This document shows, one piece after another, positions 1-13,716 of a stretch of DNA of 64,000 nt. How positions within the stretch are numbered: the stretch's first letter is position 1; each line of letters starts with the position of its first letter. The notes under the pieces were generated by a model. The model searched no databases and was not told the origin of the DNA. It saw nothing but the letters and a program-made list of their open reading frames with translations. The DNA is taken from the NCBI RefSeq assembly GCF_001194135.2, contig NC_068982.1:128913852-128977851 (forward strand), in the 5' to 3' direction. The stretch comes from Octopus bimaculoides (lineage: Eukaryota). The translations under genes were made by a program, and so were the position numbers.

Positions 1-35
<35 letters not shown>

Positions 36-994
36 GGATTATTCAGCACAACAAGAATATAATTTGTGAGAATAAATACATTTTAAATATCTTAAAATAT
101 CCATTGCAACAGAAAACAAACATAGTTTAAAATTCAAAAGAAAAATCACTTTAATAAAGCGTTACTTTTTGTCATAGCAGAAAATAAGAAAATATTTGTG
201 TAACAATATAATCAAAATTAGTAATCAAATGTGACATGAGCAGTTTACCAAAATAGTAGTTGACTGTTGTGTATAGAAAGTATCTATTCTAGATTTCATT
301 TCTACTTTTAAATATTGCACATTTAGAAACAATATATAAAATTCATCTATAGCTTTGTAGTTTTTCTCTCCACCAAATCTAAATAACTACACTTTTTCTT
401 TATGGGAATAAAATGTATTGATTCAGTAATACATCAGCATTAGCAAATTAAGAATTTTATTTTACTTTCTCTTTTCTCTCTTCATTTTAATGAAATATTT
501 TCATTAAAATATTTAATGAAAACTTTGGATAATTGTTTTTTTATAAACATCATTTTTAAAATGCTGTTCACAGGAAAATGTTTTAAGAAATCACATTTCA
601 GCAGCTACATTACATTAATTGTTACATGGTAAAAGCTAGGGTGAAACTGTATCTAATACAATTTCATACACACTATGCCATAATCACAAAATCAAAATCT
701 AACACCTGATCTCAAGATAAGTTAGGATTCTGTGTGATAAGCTTATCTGTGAACAATGAATAAAATCATTAGGGTGAAAATGTAACTAGCATAATAAAAT
801 ATATAAACAATTAAATATATATTGAAAATGTTGATCTTGAAATAAATGTAGGTTGGTGCTTTGTGGAAGAATATTAACATGCTTCTGATCTTGGAAATCT
901 AATGTTTTTAACAATTTAATTTGTTGAGGCTATACTTCTGTTTGGCTAAGTAGGACAAAATTTCAATGGAATCTCTTCTTTATTAAACTGGCAG

Positions 995-1077
995 GTCTTC
1001 ATTTCGTAATCCAAAATGACCCATTATTTCATTTACAATGGTGGAAAGGGGATTTATTGCCTTCTACAAACAAGAAG
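995..1077 (+). CDS. Probable penultimate exon of an unidentified plus-strand gene (GLHFVIQNDPLFHLQWWKGDLLPSTNKK)
   Basis: Pyrimidine tract plus ctggcag acceptor; open 83-nt frame (2+27 codons); donor AAG|gtagac (weak); ends in phase 0, matching the exon at 3076. Confidence 0.55.
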
Positions 1078-1509
1078 GTAGACTTGTGATTAACACTAAA
1101 ACATTAACGCCACTGACATTGTAGTGACAATCTCAAATCTACATTCCTTGTAGAGAAGGTAGCAAACCCCCACCTCCACTGCAAATGTCAAGAAAAGCAT
1201 GTCTTTAAAGTATAGTAAAGTAGGAGTATTGTGAAAGATACGGCACTGTAACATTATTCAGATCAATAATTAGTTGCATAATTTTCACTTTTCCAACCAG
1301 TTTGTTGAGGCTATTGTCAAATTTTTCGGACTACTATAACAAAATTGAATGAAAGACCATCAAAAGAACTTATAAAATCAATTTTGCAATAGGTAATCTT
1401 TATAATTATATAGAATTTCACACACTCACACAGACAGATAGACAGACAAATATACTTCTATGATTATAATTTACATATATATATGTATATATATATGTAT
1501 GTGTGTGTG

Positions 1510-2015
1510 TGTGCATATGGATGAGGATAGCTGCATAATGAAGTGCCAAACTCTAATCATGGAGGGTACTTGTGGAAGGGGTAGACCCAGGAAGACAGGA
1601 AAACATGGAACAAAGTGGTGAGAAAGGATCTTCAGATGGGCCTCACTGAGGAAATGACAAGGGACCAGGAGATGTGGTGATTTGTTACACTTGATAAAAT
1701 ATGTCAAGCTAAGTAAAATCTCTGTCTACAACACATACAGGCTTATCCTTTCAGGTGCCAGTGTCACATACAAAGCACTCGTGCTGGTATTGCATAAATG
1801 TGCCCACGCTGGTGCTGTGTAAATGCACCCATGCCAGTGGCTCATAAAAAGCACCCAGCACACCCAGTTAAATGATTGGTTGGCATTAGGAAGTGCATCC
1901 AGTCATAGAAACCATGCACAATAGACAATTAGAGTCTGGACAGTTCCATGTCAAACCATTCAACCCATGCTAGCATGGAAATTGGATGATGTTAAATGAT
2001 GGTGATGATGATGAT
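1510..2015 (+). mobile_element. Old 5'-truncated RTE-clade LINE 3' end
   Basis: Degenerate GRGRPRKT ORF end at about 1570; 3' end ...aacccatgctagcatggaa...taaatgatggtgatgatgatg. Confidence 0.7.
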
Positions 2016-2046
2016 ATATATACATATATTTATTTATTTATTTCCC

Positions 2047-2268
2047 ACAGGTGTGGGAGGCTAAACATAGGGAGGACAAACAAGGACAAACAAAGAGATT
2101 AAGTCGATTACATCAACCCCAGTGTGTAACTGGTACTTATTTAATTGACCCCAACAGGATGAGAGGCAAAGTCAACCTCGGCAGAATTTGAACTCAGAAC
2201 GTAACAGCAGACGAAATACAGCTAAGTATTTTGCCCGGCATGCTAACAATTCTGCCAGCTTGCTGCCC
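2047..2268 (-). mobile_element. tRNA-derived SINE
   Basis: Reverse complement has a tRNA-like head (ggcagcaagctggcagaattgttagc...gagttcaaattc); homologous to copies at 3675, 35068 and 58820. Confidence 0.75.
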
Positions 2269-2383
2269 TCATATATTATGAACAAGTACACAGTCCTTTG
2301 ACTTGTTGGATCCTGTCAAACCATCCAACCCATTCCAGCATGGAATATGGAGACTAAATGATGATGAAGATAGTATATATAAT

Positions 2384-2923
2384 TTATATGGAAAAATCCG
2401 TGGAAGAGGTAGGCCCAGGAAGACCTGGGCTGAGGTGGTGAGGCAAGACCTTCGTACATTGGGCCTCACCGAGGCGATGACTACGGACCGAGACCTTTGG
2501 AAATGGGCTGTGCGTGAGAAGACCCGGCAAGCCAAGTAAGATCGTTGCCAGTGCCCCTGGACTGGTTCTTGTGCGGGTGGCACATGAGATGCACCATTTT
2601 GAGCGTGGCCGTTGCCAGTACCGCCTGACTGGCTCCTGTAGGATTTTCGAGCGAGATCGTTGCCAGTGCCCCTGGACTGGCTTGTGCGGGTGGCACATAA
2701 AAGACACCATTTCGAGCGTGGCCGTTTTCGTGCGGGTGACACGTAAAAGCACCCACTACACTCTCTGAGTGGTTGGCGTTAGGAAGGGCATCCAGCTGTA
2801 GAAACTCTGCCAAATCAGACTGGAGCCTGGTGTTGCCATCCGGTTTCACCAGTCCTCAGTCAAATCGTCCAACCCATGCTAGCATGGAAAGCGGACGTTA
2901 AACGATGATGATGATGATGATGA
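2384..2923 (+). mobile_element. Young 5'-truncated RTE-clade LINE (ORF C-terminus, 3'UTR, (GAT)n tail)
   Basis: GKIRGRGRPRKTWAEVVRQDL...DRDLWKWAVREKTRQAK* resembles an RTE RT C-terminus; tail identical to the copies at 9001 and 32167. Confidence 0.85.
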
Positions 2924-3075
2924 TTCAGTGTTGAAATTTTGAAATCTATGACAGAATCTTTATAACTTTAACTGGTTTTGTATTATGGGCAGCAAGCATG
3001 CTGAAGCACTACTAGAGAATTAACTGGCTAATTTGGCTTATTAAACATTATTTTCTTTATATTTGTCTCTTCCAG

Positions 3076-3240
3076 ATGCAGTATAAAGTTACAACTTCAA
3101 TCTCCTTTTCAAAAGAATTAACTACTCAAGTGAAGAAATACTTTGCTGACAGCTTACAAACACAAAACAGCACTAAAAAACCTCACAGAAATTATATCTT
3201 TCAAACAATTAATTATTTTGATAAAACGATTATGAATTAG
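3076..3240 (+). CDS. Probable terminal coding exon of the same plus-strand gene (MQYKVTTSISFSKELTTQVKKYF...TIMN*)
   Basis: Strong acceptor ttttctttatatttgtctcttccag; phase-0 open frame of 54 codons plus TAG; AATAAA at 3566..3571. Confidence 0.55.
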   Translation: MQYKVTTSISFSKELTTQVKKYFADSLQTQNSTKKPHRNYIFQTINYFDKTIMN

Positions 3241-3674
3241 AAATTCTGAAAGTGTATTTAGAAGATTGCTTTCAATTGTATATCTAAATCATGTTTATTG
3301 CTCTGCTTCAAAAGAAAGATGAATTCATTTCTGAATACGCAGACAATAATATCTTCTTGGGCAATTTGTTGATTTACCAAATTATTGCATGCAATCAATA
3401 TTTTATAAGTAATTTTAATATTTGAAAAGATACATTACTTTTTTAACTACTGATATTACTAACTAACTTTTAAAAATGTACTGAAAGATTAAAAATTTAA
3501 CTGAGGTTGCGTTACTTTTTATTACCTGTGTGTTAATATCAGAAAGAATACATCTTTACTACAGTAATAAAACTACTGCTACTACTACTACTATTTATTA
3601 TTTATTTTTAATCTGCATGTTTGTTACAATCACTCGCATCCTAGGATAAGTGTATTATTATTTATAATTATTAA

Positions 3675-3885
3675 GGTGGTGAGCTGGCAGAATCATTAAC
3701 ATGCCAGAGAAAATACTTAGTAGTATTTCTTCTGGTGTTATTTTCTGAGTTCAAATTCTATCAAGGTCTGCTTTGCCTTTTAACCTTTGGGTTGATAATA
3801 TAAGTGGCAGTTGAGCACTTGGGTTGATGTAATTAACTTGCCTCTCCCCTCATAACTGCTGACCTTGTGCCAAAATTTAAAACAA
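3675..3885 (+). mobile_element. tRNA-derived SINE (same family as 2047)
   Basis: ggtgagctggcagaatc A-box-like and gagttcaaattc B-box-like sequences. Confidence 0.7.
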
Positions 3886-3889
3886 ATTT

Positions 3890-4570
3890 TGTGATGGGTG
3901 GTCAGCTAATGGATTGGTTTAAGTACATGAGGGTTTGAATGAAGGTTGCCTACTAGCCATTGCCCTTTGACATGAATGATGTGAAAGACTTAGATAAGAG
4001 GCTGGTACTTACTGACCCTCTCCATAGATACTAGGTTTGCTGATGACACAATCTTAATATCTGTGATCTTTGACAAATTGATAATATACTTTAACAGTTA
4101 GATGAAGCATGTGCAAAAAGTGGGTATAAAAATTAAGGGTACAAAATACGCAATCCTGCCACTTAGCAAAAAAATGATAGTTGTGAAATAAAATGTCACA
4201 GAGTTTGTTGGCAGTATGGAACTATGTGATCAGGAAACATGAAAAGAGAATGTGTTACTAACATCTCTGGCATTTGGAAGATTTAGAAAACTAATTTAGA
4301 ATAAGTTAAGATCACAGTTAGCAACTCAAGCAGTTCAATGCTCATATTTTCTCAGTCACAACCTACTCCTCAAAAACAAGGGCCCAAATATCTCAAGATA
4401 TATTAACAGAGAAGAGGTTTTCAAAATGCAGTCTTTACAGGGATATCATTTCAAGATACCCATAGAAAAACTTCCATGAATAAAGTCATTCATATGACAA
4501 TGCACTGTTACCAAGGGCTATAAAATGGAAGAGACTAAAATGATTTCACCAAGTAATAAGAAAGCCATGG
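3890..4570 (+). mobile_element. Degenerate LINE reverse transcriptase fragment (RTE-like)
   Basis: agg ttt gct gat gac aca atc tta = RFADDTIL at about 4033..4056; many stops. Confidence 0.6.
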
Positions 4571-4855
4571 AATAACTTTAAAAGCATAAGCATTCTACCC
4601 AGATTCCTCAAATCCCAAGCTATGTGGAAAACAGCTTAAGAGAAGGACCTGTAAAGTGAATAGATACACAAAATTACACATCACATTAGTGAAGAGCAAA
4701 GCATGCCCAAGAGGTAGGGTGGCAATGGTCCATGTGACACATGAATGTCTATATATATATATATATGGATCAAAACAGTTTGATTCAGATTCCATACATG
4801 TAACTCCCAATAAATGTAGTTGAGTGCCCTTTCTTTCATTCATCCACTCACTCGA

Positions 4856-4893
<38 letters not shown>

Positions 4894-5936
4894 ATATAAA
4901 CACACATGTATATGAATATATTCATAAACATGCACACACACACGTATATTATTTAACCTTATATGTATATCATGCAGACATATAGGGTTATATAAGTAGT
5001 CATATACTGGTTGATTTTAAGTACACTTATTTCAAGGAATTATTTGGATGACCATAGATTTCTATGTAGACCTGAATTAAATGTTTTATTATTGGTGAAA
5101 TTCATCTTGTATAAAACAAATTTGTCATTGTTGTTGTATTTTGAGAGGCTCATTTTACAAATAAGAAACACACACACACTTGTTCAGCAACAACATCTAA
5201 TTTCTAACTTCTGTACTAGTAAGAGTTGGATGGACTGATAGTGGAGTGAAACATGGAGGATTGTGACAAGTACCAATGTCTACTTTGGCTTAGTTTCCAT
5301 GGCTGGATGCCCCTCTCAATGCCAATGACTTAACAAAATCTACTGAGTGCCTTTCTTAATGTACCAGTACTAGTGATGACTGCCTTGTGACTTGCCACGC
5401 CTTAAAGTGGCTCTAACATCAGAGGGAGAAGAGAAAGAGAGTGTGTGCAATGAACCTAGGGAGAGAGATGAGAGAATGGTAAAAAAAAAAAAAAAAGCTG
5501 ATGTAAAACCAATTGGCCAATTGACTACTTGATTAACTGACTACTTAATTGTTCAATTAATCGGTTAATCATTTAATTTATCAATCCTTTCATCCGCATT
5601 GTGTACCTCATCAATGACATGCACTCATTCTTCAAGACCTGCATAGTTCTAATTGTCTCCAAGTCTCAGTTATACATAATTGTATCATATGAGCTATGTG
5701 TGAGTGTGTGGGTAAATGAGTGAGTATATATGTATGCATGATGGTGTGTGTGTGTGTGTGTGTGTGCGTGTATGCATCAATGCATACAACATTTTTTCTG
5801 CCCTTTTTTTGACAGACTACATTTCACTTTTCTTTATTTGTATCAATAAAGGTGAACACAGTGAAACATTAGAAAGATCTCTAAGTTTTACAATTACCAT
5901 GTGGTGTGTCAAGACAAACGGACAGAAACCATGCAT

Positions 5937-6041
<105 letters not shown>

Positions 6042-6059
6042 GAGTGTTGAGCCTCACGT

Positions 6060-6270
6060 AAACGCATCCCAGTGTCACACAAATGGCACTTGTGCTAGTG
6101 GCACATAAAAGCACCCATTACACTCTCGGAGTGGTTGGCATTAGGAAGGGCATCGAGCCATAGAAAACTATGCCAAATCAGACTGGAGTCTGGTGCAGGC
6201 TCTTAATGTGCCAGCCCAGTCAAACAGTCCAACAGCATGGACAATGGATGTTAAATGGTGATGATGATGA
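6060..6270 (+). mobile_element. Diverged RTE 3' tail
   Basis: aaaagcaccc...gagtggttggcattaggaaggg...gatgatgatga. Confidence 0.75.
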
Positions 6271-7589
6271 TATATATAAATATATACACATACACACAAA
6301 TATATATATATGAGAGAGAGAGACTAACAAACACATACACACACCCACATGCTCACAGTCATAGCTTGGATGTTTGATCATACATTTGATCAATCCAAGC
6401 TAACGCATGGCTAAATAACAATACATATCAAACTCACAACATGCGAGTGTGCATATATGTGTAAATATATATGTATGTATGTATGTATGTACATACATAT
6501 GTATGTATATCCAAATATATATTTTTGTATGTATGCAAATATCTATGTATGCACACACACATAAATATGATATATATATATACATATATATATATGTTAT
6601 TTTTAGTTATATGTCAAAGAAATATGATTAAGCTGCTATCTAATTAAATTTTCATATCTATTTCAATCATACAAAACTGCAAGGAAAATTTCATGCAGTT
6701 GTAATCAATCTGCAAGATACACTTGTGAAAGTTCCTTGGGATCACACCCTATCATCTTAAAAAAAGGAAGTGTGCTCAAGACAATGTACACTTAGATGGC
6801 CATGGCTGGAATATCTTTAATCATATGTGTTCTCAGTCAGAATTGAAATAGAAATAAACACTAGCAACATACTAAACCACAAAGAGAATAAAAAAAATTC
6901 CAAATAAAATTATCTTGGTCTGTTCATAGACAAGGGCATAATGAAATGTACACATTTTCTTTTCTAAAAGAATATTAGGGTGTTTTGTAATATACTAAAT
7001 TACTTAATTTGAAGGAACAAAATATTTGTCACTATACTAGATATAGTTTTCATTCGTCATTGTTTCATTATTTTTATGCCACTTTTTCTACGGTGGCATA
7101 TATTGGACAAGATTTATCGAGACAACATTTTATGATTGGCTACTCTGCCTAATGCCAATCCTTGTTTTCACATAAAGAATTTTATTTCATGTCTCAGCAC
7201 ATGAAAGCTGCATATGCTGAGTTGCAGGAGAATTTGTTAATACAGAACATAAACAATGTCACCTCAGCCTGAATAGTGTCAAGCAATGAGACAAAAATGT
7301 ATATGCATATATAAATACATTTTTGTATGTATGTCATTATTCAGTTTATTTCAAGATTTCTTGCGAATAGAGAAAGATCCGGTTTCTAACCTAGATTCAA
7401 GGTTCCTTCATTGGAATTTCAACATCAGCGACAGAGTGAGTGGGTGGGTATGTATGTATGCCTGTATAAGCTTTTTATTTTAAAATATGTTTAGAAATAA
7501 TAATGGAACATTTGCTGATGCTGTTACTCTATACTGAGAGCAGACTTAAATTTATTGTGAAGATCACGTTGAATTGGACTTCATATTTT

Positions 7590-7775
7590 ACCTATCAGCT
7601 TGTTCAAACAAACTGGTCTAATAAGCTGACATACAAACATCTCCGTCACTAAATTTCATTCACAAGGCATTGGCCAACTCTAGGCTATGGGAGAAGACAC
7701 TTGTCCAAAGTGTCACACAGTAGAATTCAACCTAAAATTCATATGGTTGCAAAGGGAATTTCTTAACCCATGTCT
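7590..7775 (-). mobile_element. Second tRNA-derived SINE family copy (similar copies at about 8320..8420 -, 26770..26925 + and 28285..28420 -)
   Basis: Shared core ...ggttaagaa...caagtgtcttct.c.tatagcc...gg.caa...ccttgtga. Confidence 0.6.
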
Positions 7776-9000
7776 GCATCTAACTATTGTCAATAGCATA
7801 AAATTTTTGGTAGCTTCAAAAAACAATTTTTTAATGGTAAAAGTTTGTTATTTCATAGCACATGAAGACAAAGACAGGGAAGAAAAATTATAACCATTTA
7901 TCAATAATATAATTACTGAGTTGTCAAATGTATATTCAGCTTTTCATTATTTTTGTTGCATCATTACGAATGCAATTATAGAGATGCATATATCACATAG
8001 ATTAGCATGCACACACACACACACACATTATCATCAATTTCATTTCAACACCTACTTTTCCATGCTTGCACAGGTTAGAGAGATTTTTTTGATGCAGATT
8101 TTCGTCACCAACTCTCATCTGTTTCCAAGCAAGGAAATATTTCCCTGTGGCTGGACTTGCTTTTGGTTAAGATTGGAAACAAAGGATATCATATATGTGA
8201 CAGTGATGCTCATTTTACAAGTATTACAGAATGTCAAGCCAAAGTACACAAACATACACTCATGTACACACAGGCATATGGACAGACACATATTATGGGC
8301 TTCTTTCAATTTCTATTAACCAAATCAACTTTGGTTAGCCTGGGGCTATAGGAGAAGACATTTGCCCTAGGTGGCTTGCAGAGGGACTGAACCCAAAACC
8401 ATGTAGTTAAGAAGCCACACCAACGACTGTACTTATGTGTGCGTGTGTATAAAACACACATTCACAAACGATAGAAAAATATATGATAATGTATGTGACC
8501 CACTCTCTCATCAATTTCAACCAAGAGAATTATCTGCTCATTGAATAACTGTGCAAGTGATTAAGTAGTCCACATGCATTTGTACTTTTTAGATAAAACC
8601 AGCATAGCACAATGGCAAAACTTTATCTATTAATCACAAGTAAAGTCTTCTACCTGTGACTTCTCCATATTTTCCATGTACCCGACTTCCTTCACATGAT
8701 TTGGGTTGTACAGAAAGATGTTCATGATTGAAAGCCAAGCTTATTTGGCCGTATGCTCATGCACAAATACACACATTTTGTATTTTTAGCTATAATGACA
8801 CAAAGATTATTTGCTAACTTAAGAAAGGATAGAAAAAAAAAAACAGTGTGTGTGCATATGGGCATATGGCCAAATAAGTTTGGCTCTCAGTCATAATGGC
8901 TCACTGCACAACACCTTGAGTAAGTATCTTGACTGTTTGCCTCTTTCTCTCTCATACATATATATGTGTGAGTGCATGTGAATGTGTGTGTGTGTGTGTG

Positions 9001-9158
9001 TGAGTGGTTGGCGTTAGGAAGGGCATCCAGCTGTAGAAACTCTGCCAAATCAGACTGGAGCCTGGTGTTGCCATCCGGTTTCACCAGTCCTCAGTCAAAT
9101 CGTCCAACCCATGCTAGCATGGAAAGCGGACGTTAAACGATGATGATGATGATGATGA
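9001..9158 (+). mobile_element. Young RTE 3' tail inserted at a (TG)n microsatellite
   Basis: Identical to the tail at 2766 onward. Confidence 0.88.
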
Positions 9159-11589
9159 TATATATATACACACACATCTGTGATTGTTCATACATCAGTT
9201 TGCGTTTGTGTATGCATGTGCTTGTGTATGTGTGTGTATCTGCATGTGTTGTCTGTGTGTATATACACACACACATACATACCCATGCACACACTTGAGT
9301 ATTTATATATGTGTGTATACACACATATGCATGTACAGATACACATGTATGTATCAGTGTATGTATGTATATATGCATATATACTTTATCCCAGTAGAAG
9401 CATTGTAGAAAATACAAGACAGGAGTAAGTAGGAGCTTAGATATTGTACACCCATTTCAAGCAATACTCAAACATTATGTAATGCATACAGAAAAGTAAG
9501 AGTGATGTCCCTGACTGACTGACAGAGAAATATACATCTTATTTTACAGAAGAACAATTAAAGGAATGTTAAAAAGACTTGTAGTGATTTGCCACCTGAG
9601 TGATATGACTTGTGCAAGGGGAGTATCTAGCAAAAGAACAGTAATTAGGATGAGAACAAAATGGATAGATCTCTCTAAAATCTGATGTAATCTGTAATAA
9701 AGTGTATTTATCACCACTTAGAAGCAGATGTTGTGTTAGAACCCAGGATATTGCAATAGTTCCCATGAGTGAACTTCCCATATGGTTTTGTGGAGCATAT
9801 AAGCACTCTTGTTTACATCATTGGTGGGAGACAATCACCACCATCACCACCACTGTGTAAAAACAACCTGTATGAGTTACTCATAAGGATGGTTATTGTG
9901 GTTCTTTAGCTCCAAGTTGAGCCTGATTAAGCAAATTATGACCAAAAATATGGACAATGAGTATAAGATGTCTGCAGTAGCTAGACAGATAAGTTGAATG
10001 AATGTACAATGTCCTTTCACAAGAAAAACTGAACCCAAGAGATTCGGAAAGAAGTTTTGTATTAGAAATACTCACAGGTGTGTGCAAAAGTGTGGGCTAT
10101 ATTAAAATGGGCATTTAATGCAAATGGCAGATATATGATTAGCATGAAAATGTTGTCAAGTGGTACTGAAGGATACCTGAGGTGGTTTTCAGAACACAGG
10201 GTTTCACAGAAAATAGTATGCAAGATTATGCAACTATTAACTATACACTTTAGTGCAAAGCCATTTAAGCTATGTTAGCATGGGAAAATCTAACATGTGA
10301 TATTATAATACCTTCTTGCATATATATGTACATATATACACAAGCATAATTTTGTATGTTTTCCCCCTGCTGAAATAGTTTGACTTGTTTGCGTTAATAA
10401 TATGAAATGCTTGAAATGATATTGAATAAGATTTAGCCTGAGTGAGATATATAAATATATAAGTGATAAACACATTTCTTGACAAACAACTGTTGTGACA
10501 GCTAAATCATTCATATTAAACACTATTTAGAACCTAACTTGTGGAAGAAAGTAAATGCTTATAAAAACACTATAATCAGTTGAAGTTTAATGATGGATTT
10601 GATAGCTATAATCTACCAGCACGATAAATAACAAACTCACAGTACTACCCTTCCATACAGTCTTTAATACAATCTTCCAATAAAACACCCTCAAATATTC
10701 ACTAATGATAATGTGTTATTGGTATATGTGAGTGAAATAGAGAAAAGTAAAGTTAAATACAACAGAAAGATACCACTAAATATGAAACAAAATTTAATCC
10801 AGATTTATATCCTAAAGATATAACATTCTACAACTGTAAATTAAAGTTTCTAAACTGTTAGTCAACTAATACAGAGCCAATCTAGTGAATATATAAATGC
10901 AACTTCAAATAAAAGAAAATGTTACTAAATTTCCATTTTCAATATGGTAATATACTAAATAGTATATGCTATAAAATATAATAGATAGATGGGAGAGAAC
11001 CATGGCAAGAGAGAAATAGAAACAAGCAAAGCTTTCTTTCAAAATATCAAACAAACAGACACACTTAGAAATATTTCAGCATTTATGACTGATACTGGCT
11101 GAAGCTATTTCATATCAATTATGCTTTGTTTTCCTGAATACAGCTGTTGAAGAACAAATATATGGCTTAGATGATAGACAAACACTTCTTGGCACTCTCA
11201 AAGTTTCAAATGAGTTATTGCTCATTTACATTTCTACACACACATACATACAACCAGGTGTTCAAAATGATTGCAGAGGTGATATAAGCACATATTTGGT
11301 CCAGGAAAGAGGCCATAACTTTTCTAAAAACCAGAAAGAAATCCAGTTCACTAAAACTTCCACAACCATTATGTGCCTACTTTCCACAGCCCCACACTGA
11401 CACCTAAGAGTAGATTTCATGGAATTGTTACATTCCCTGATCACATTGTAACAATAACAGACAACCCAGTCATTGGACTCTCAAATTCCACCTAACAGAT
11501 TAACATGTGGGAACTGATTTCACCCTGGGAAAAATAAACTAAGTGGGGGCTCATGAGAGGAAGCTTGCCAAATACCAGTGCAGGAACCA

Positions 11590-11850
11590 ACTCTGGCAGG
11601 CATATTGTGAGACAACTGAAGTGAGGTATCAGTGCTTTATGGGACGTTTCTTACTGAAGTTGCAGAGAAAGCCACTAAGTGGTTTTGGATAAGGAGAGCA
11701 GACCAGTAGTTTGCTGCAACTGGGATGCAAACTAAGATGTGATCAACCCTGGCAGGGACAAAAATGGGCCCGAGATCTGATGATGCTAGAAGAATGAAAT
11801 GTCCTCAGACTCCAAGAACATCACAAATGACACAGCCCAGAGTAACCATG
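11590..11850 (+). mobile_element. Remnant of an RLE-type non-LTR element, HERO-like 3' end
   Basis: 11650..11709 translates LTEVAEKATKWFWIRRADQ*, resembling the AEKASxWLWIKR C-terminus I recall for HERO elements; upstream EVRYQCF resembles a degenerate EVGCRGF. Confidence 0.6.
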
Positions 11851-11919
11851 TAATATATCTCAAAACTATATATAGTTCTAAGATATTATATCTCTCCCTC
11901 CATGCACCCACCACATATA

Positions 11920-12200
11920 TATGACGGTAGTCTCTCATAGTCCAATTTTTTGCTAAACAATCTGCTCAGATGATTTGTTTATAGTAATCAAATGTATCTG
12001 CTGGACATTAGCTCAGACTCTGCATCAACTCTACTTTGCCTGAACGAGTGCACAATGTACCACGTGTCAGGTGTCAAGGTGATCACAGGGTGATGTGAGG
12101 GGAAGTATTTTTGCTAAGGAACATAATGCACCACCCAGTTTAGGAATTGTAACCATGATCTTATGATTGTAAGTGCAACACGTTAACCACTAGGCCATGT
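11920..12200 (-). mobile_element. Third tRNA-headed SINE
   Basis: Reverse complement begins atggcctagtggttaacgtgttgcact...gatcatggttacaattcc (A/B-box-like). Confidence 0.6.
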
Positions 12201-12212
12201 GTCCTCATACAT

Positions 12213-12245
<33 letters not shown>

Positions 12246-12292
12246 TATATATATATATACATATATATACATATATATATATACATATATAT

Positions 12293-12980
12293 NNNNNNNN
12301 NNNNNNNNNNNNNNNNNNNNNNNNNNNNNNNNNNNNNNNNNNNNNNNNNNNNNNNNNNNNNNNNNNNNNNNNNNNNNNNNNNNNNNNNNNNNNNNNNNNN
12401 NNNNNNNNNNNNNNNNNNNNNNNNNNNNNNNNNNNNNNNNNNNNNNNNNNNNNNNNNNNNNNNNNNNNNNNNNNNNNNNNNNNNNNNNNNNNNNNNNNNN
12501 NNNNNNNNNNNNNNNNNNNNNNNNNNNNNNNNNNNNNNNNNNNNNNNNNNNNNNNNNNNNNNNNNNNNNNNNNNNNNNNNNNNNNNNNNNNNNNNNNNNN
12601 NNNNNNNNNNNNNNNNNNNNNNNNNNNNNNNNNNNNNNNNNNNNNNNNNNNNNNNNNNNNNNNNNNNNNNNNNNNNNNNNNNNNNNNNNNNNNNNNNNNN
12701 NNNNNNNNNNNNNNNNNNNNNNNNNNNNNNNNNNNNNNNNNNNNNNNNNNNNNNNNNNNNNNNNNNNNNNNNNNNNNNNNNNNNNNNNNNNNNNNNNNNN
12801 NNNNNNNNNNNNNNNNNNNNNNNNNNNNNNNNNNNNNNNNNNNNNNNNNNNNNNNNNNNNNNNNNNNNNNNNNNNNNNNNNNNNNNNNNNNNNNNNNNNN
12901 NNNNNNNNNNNNNNNNNNNNNNNNNNNNNNNNNNNNNNNNNNNNNNNNNNNNNNNNNNNNNNNNNNNNNNNNNNNNNNNN
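12293..12980. other. Assembly gap; others at 13829..14156, 18561..18793, 20408..20417, 31765..32166, 40906..40915 and 50948..51048
   Basis: Runs of N, nearly all flanked by microsatellites or tandem repeats. Confidence 0.99.
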
Positions 12981-13522
12981 TATATATATATATATATATA
13001 TATATTATAGATATATATTATAGATAGATAGATAGATACATACATACATACATACATACATACATACATACATACATACACAGGTGTATATATGTATATT
13101 CACGCTTGTTTTATGTTACAGTAAAAGTGTTAACAAACAAGATGAGGACAAATATCCATCAAATGTAAATAATATAAATAATGTACATAATTCCTCATCT
13201 CTTAAATATAGAACTGTAAAAGCAATTTTACAATAAACTAATGCATTACTAATATGTTTGGTAGAGTACCAATTTATTATTCTTTAAAGAGAATATTATT
13301 GACAGTAACTTTGAAGTTTTGGCCAACTAAGCCATCATCATAGATTGTCTGGATGGACAAAACTTCAAAGTTAATTTCAATACTATTCTTTTTAAAGATA
13401 TATGTATATATTAAAGAAGTTACAGGCCAGCAGGGTTTGAGGTCTGAAGATACGCCATAAGGCTAAACCCCTTACGAGTGAGAAACCCAGGGTAACCCCA
13501 TAAACTGGCCAACCCCACTATA

Positions 13523-13574
<52 letters not shown>

Positions 13575-13667
13575 ATGTGTGTGTGTATATATACATACAT
13601 ATATATATATAATATATATATATATGTATATGTATATATAATATATATATGTATGTATATATATATC

Positions 13668-13716
<49 letters not shown>

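Noticed and set aside
574-628. Possible further upstream plus-strand exon (cacag...atg|gtaaaa)
   Set aside because: The frame that would join exon 995 in phase 1 contains a TAA stop.
2481-2849. Recurrent ORF MKPDGNTRLQSDLAEF... (also 8887 and 31723)
   Set aside because: Antisense reading of the repeated RTE 3'UTR, not a gene family.
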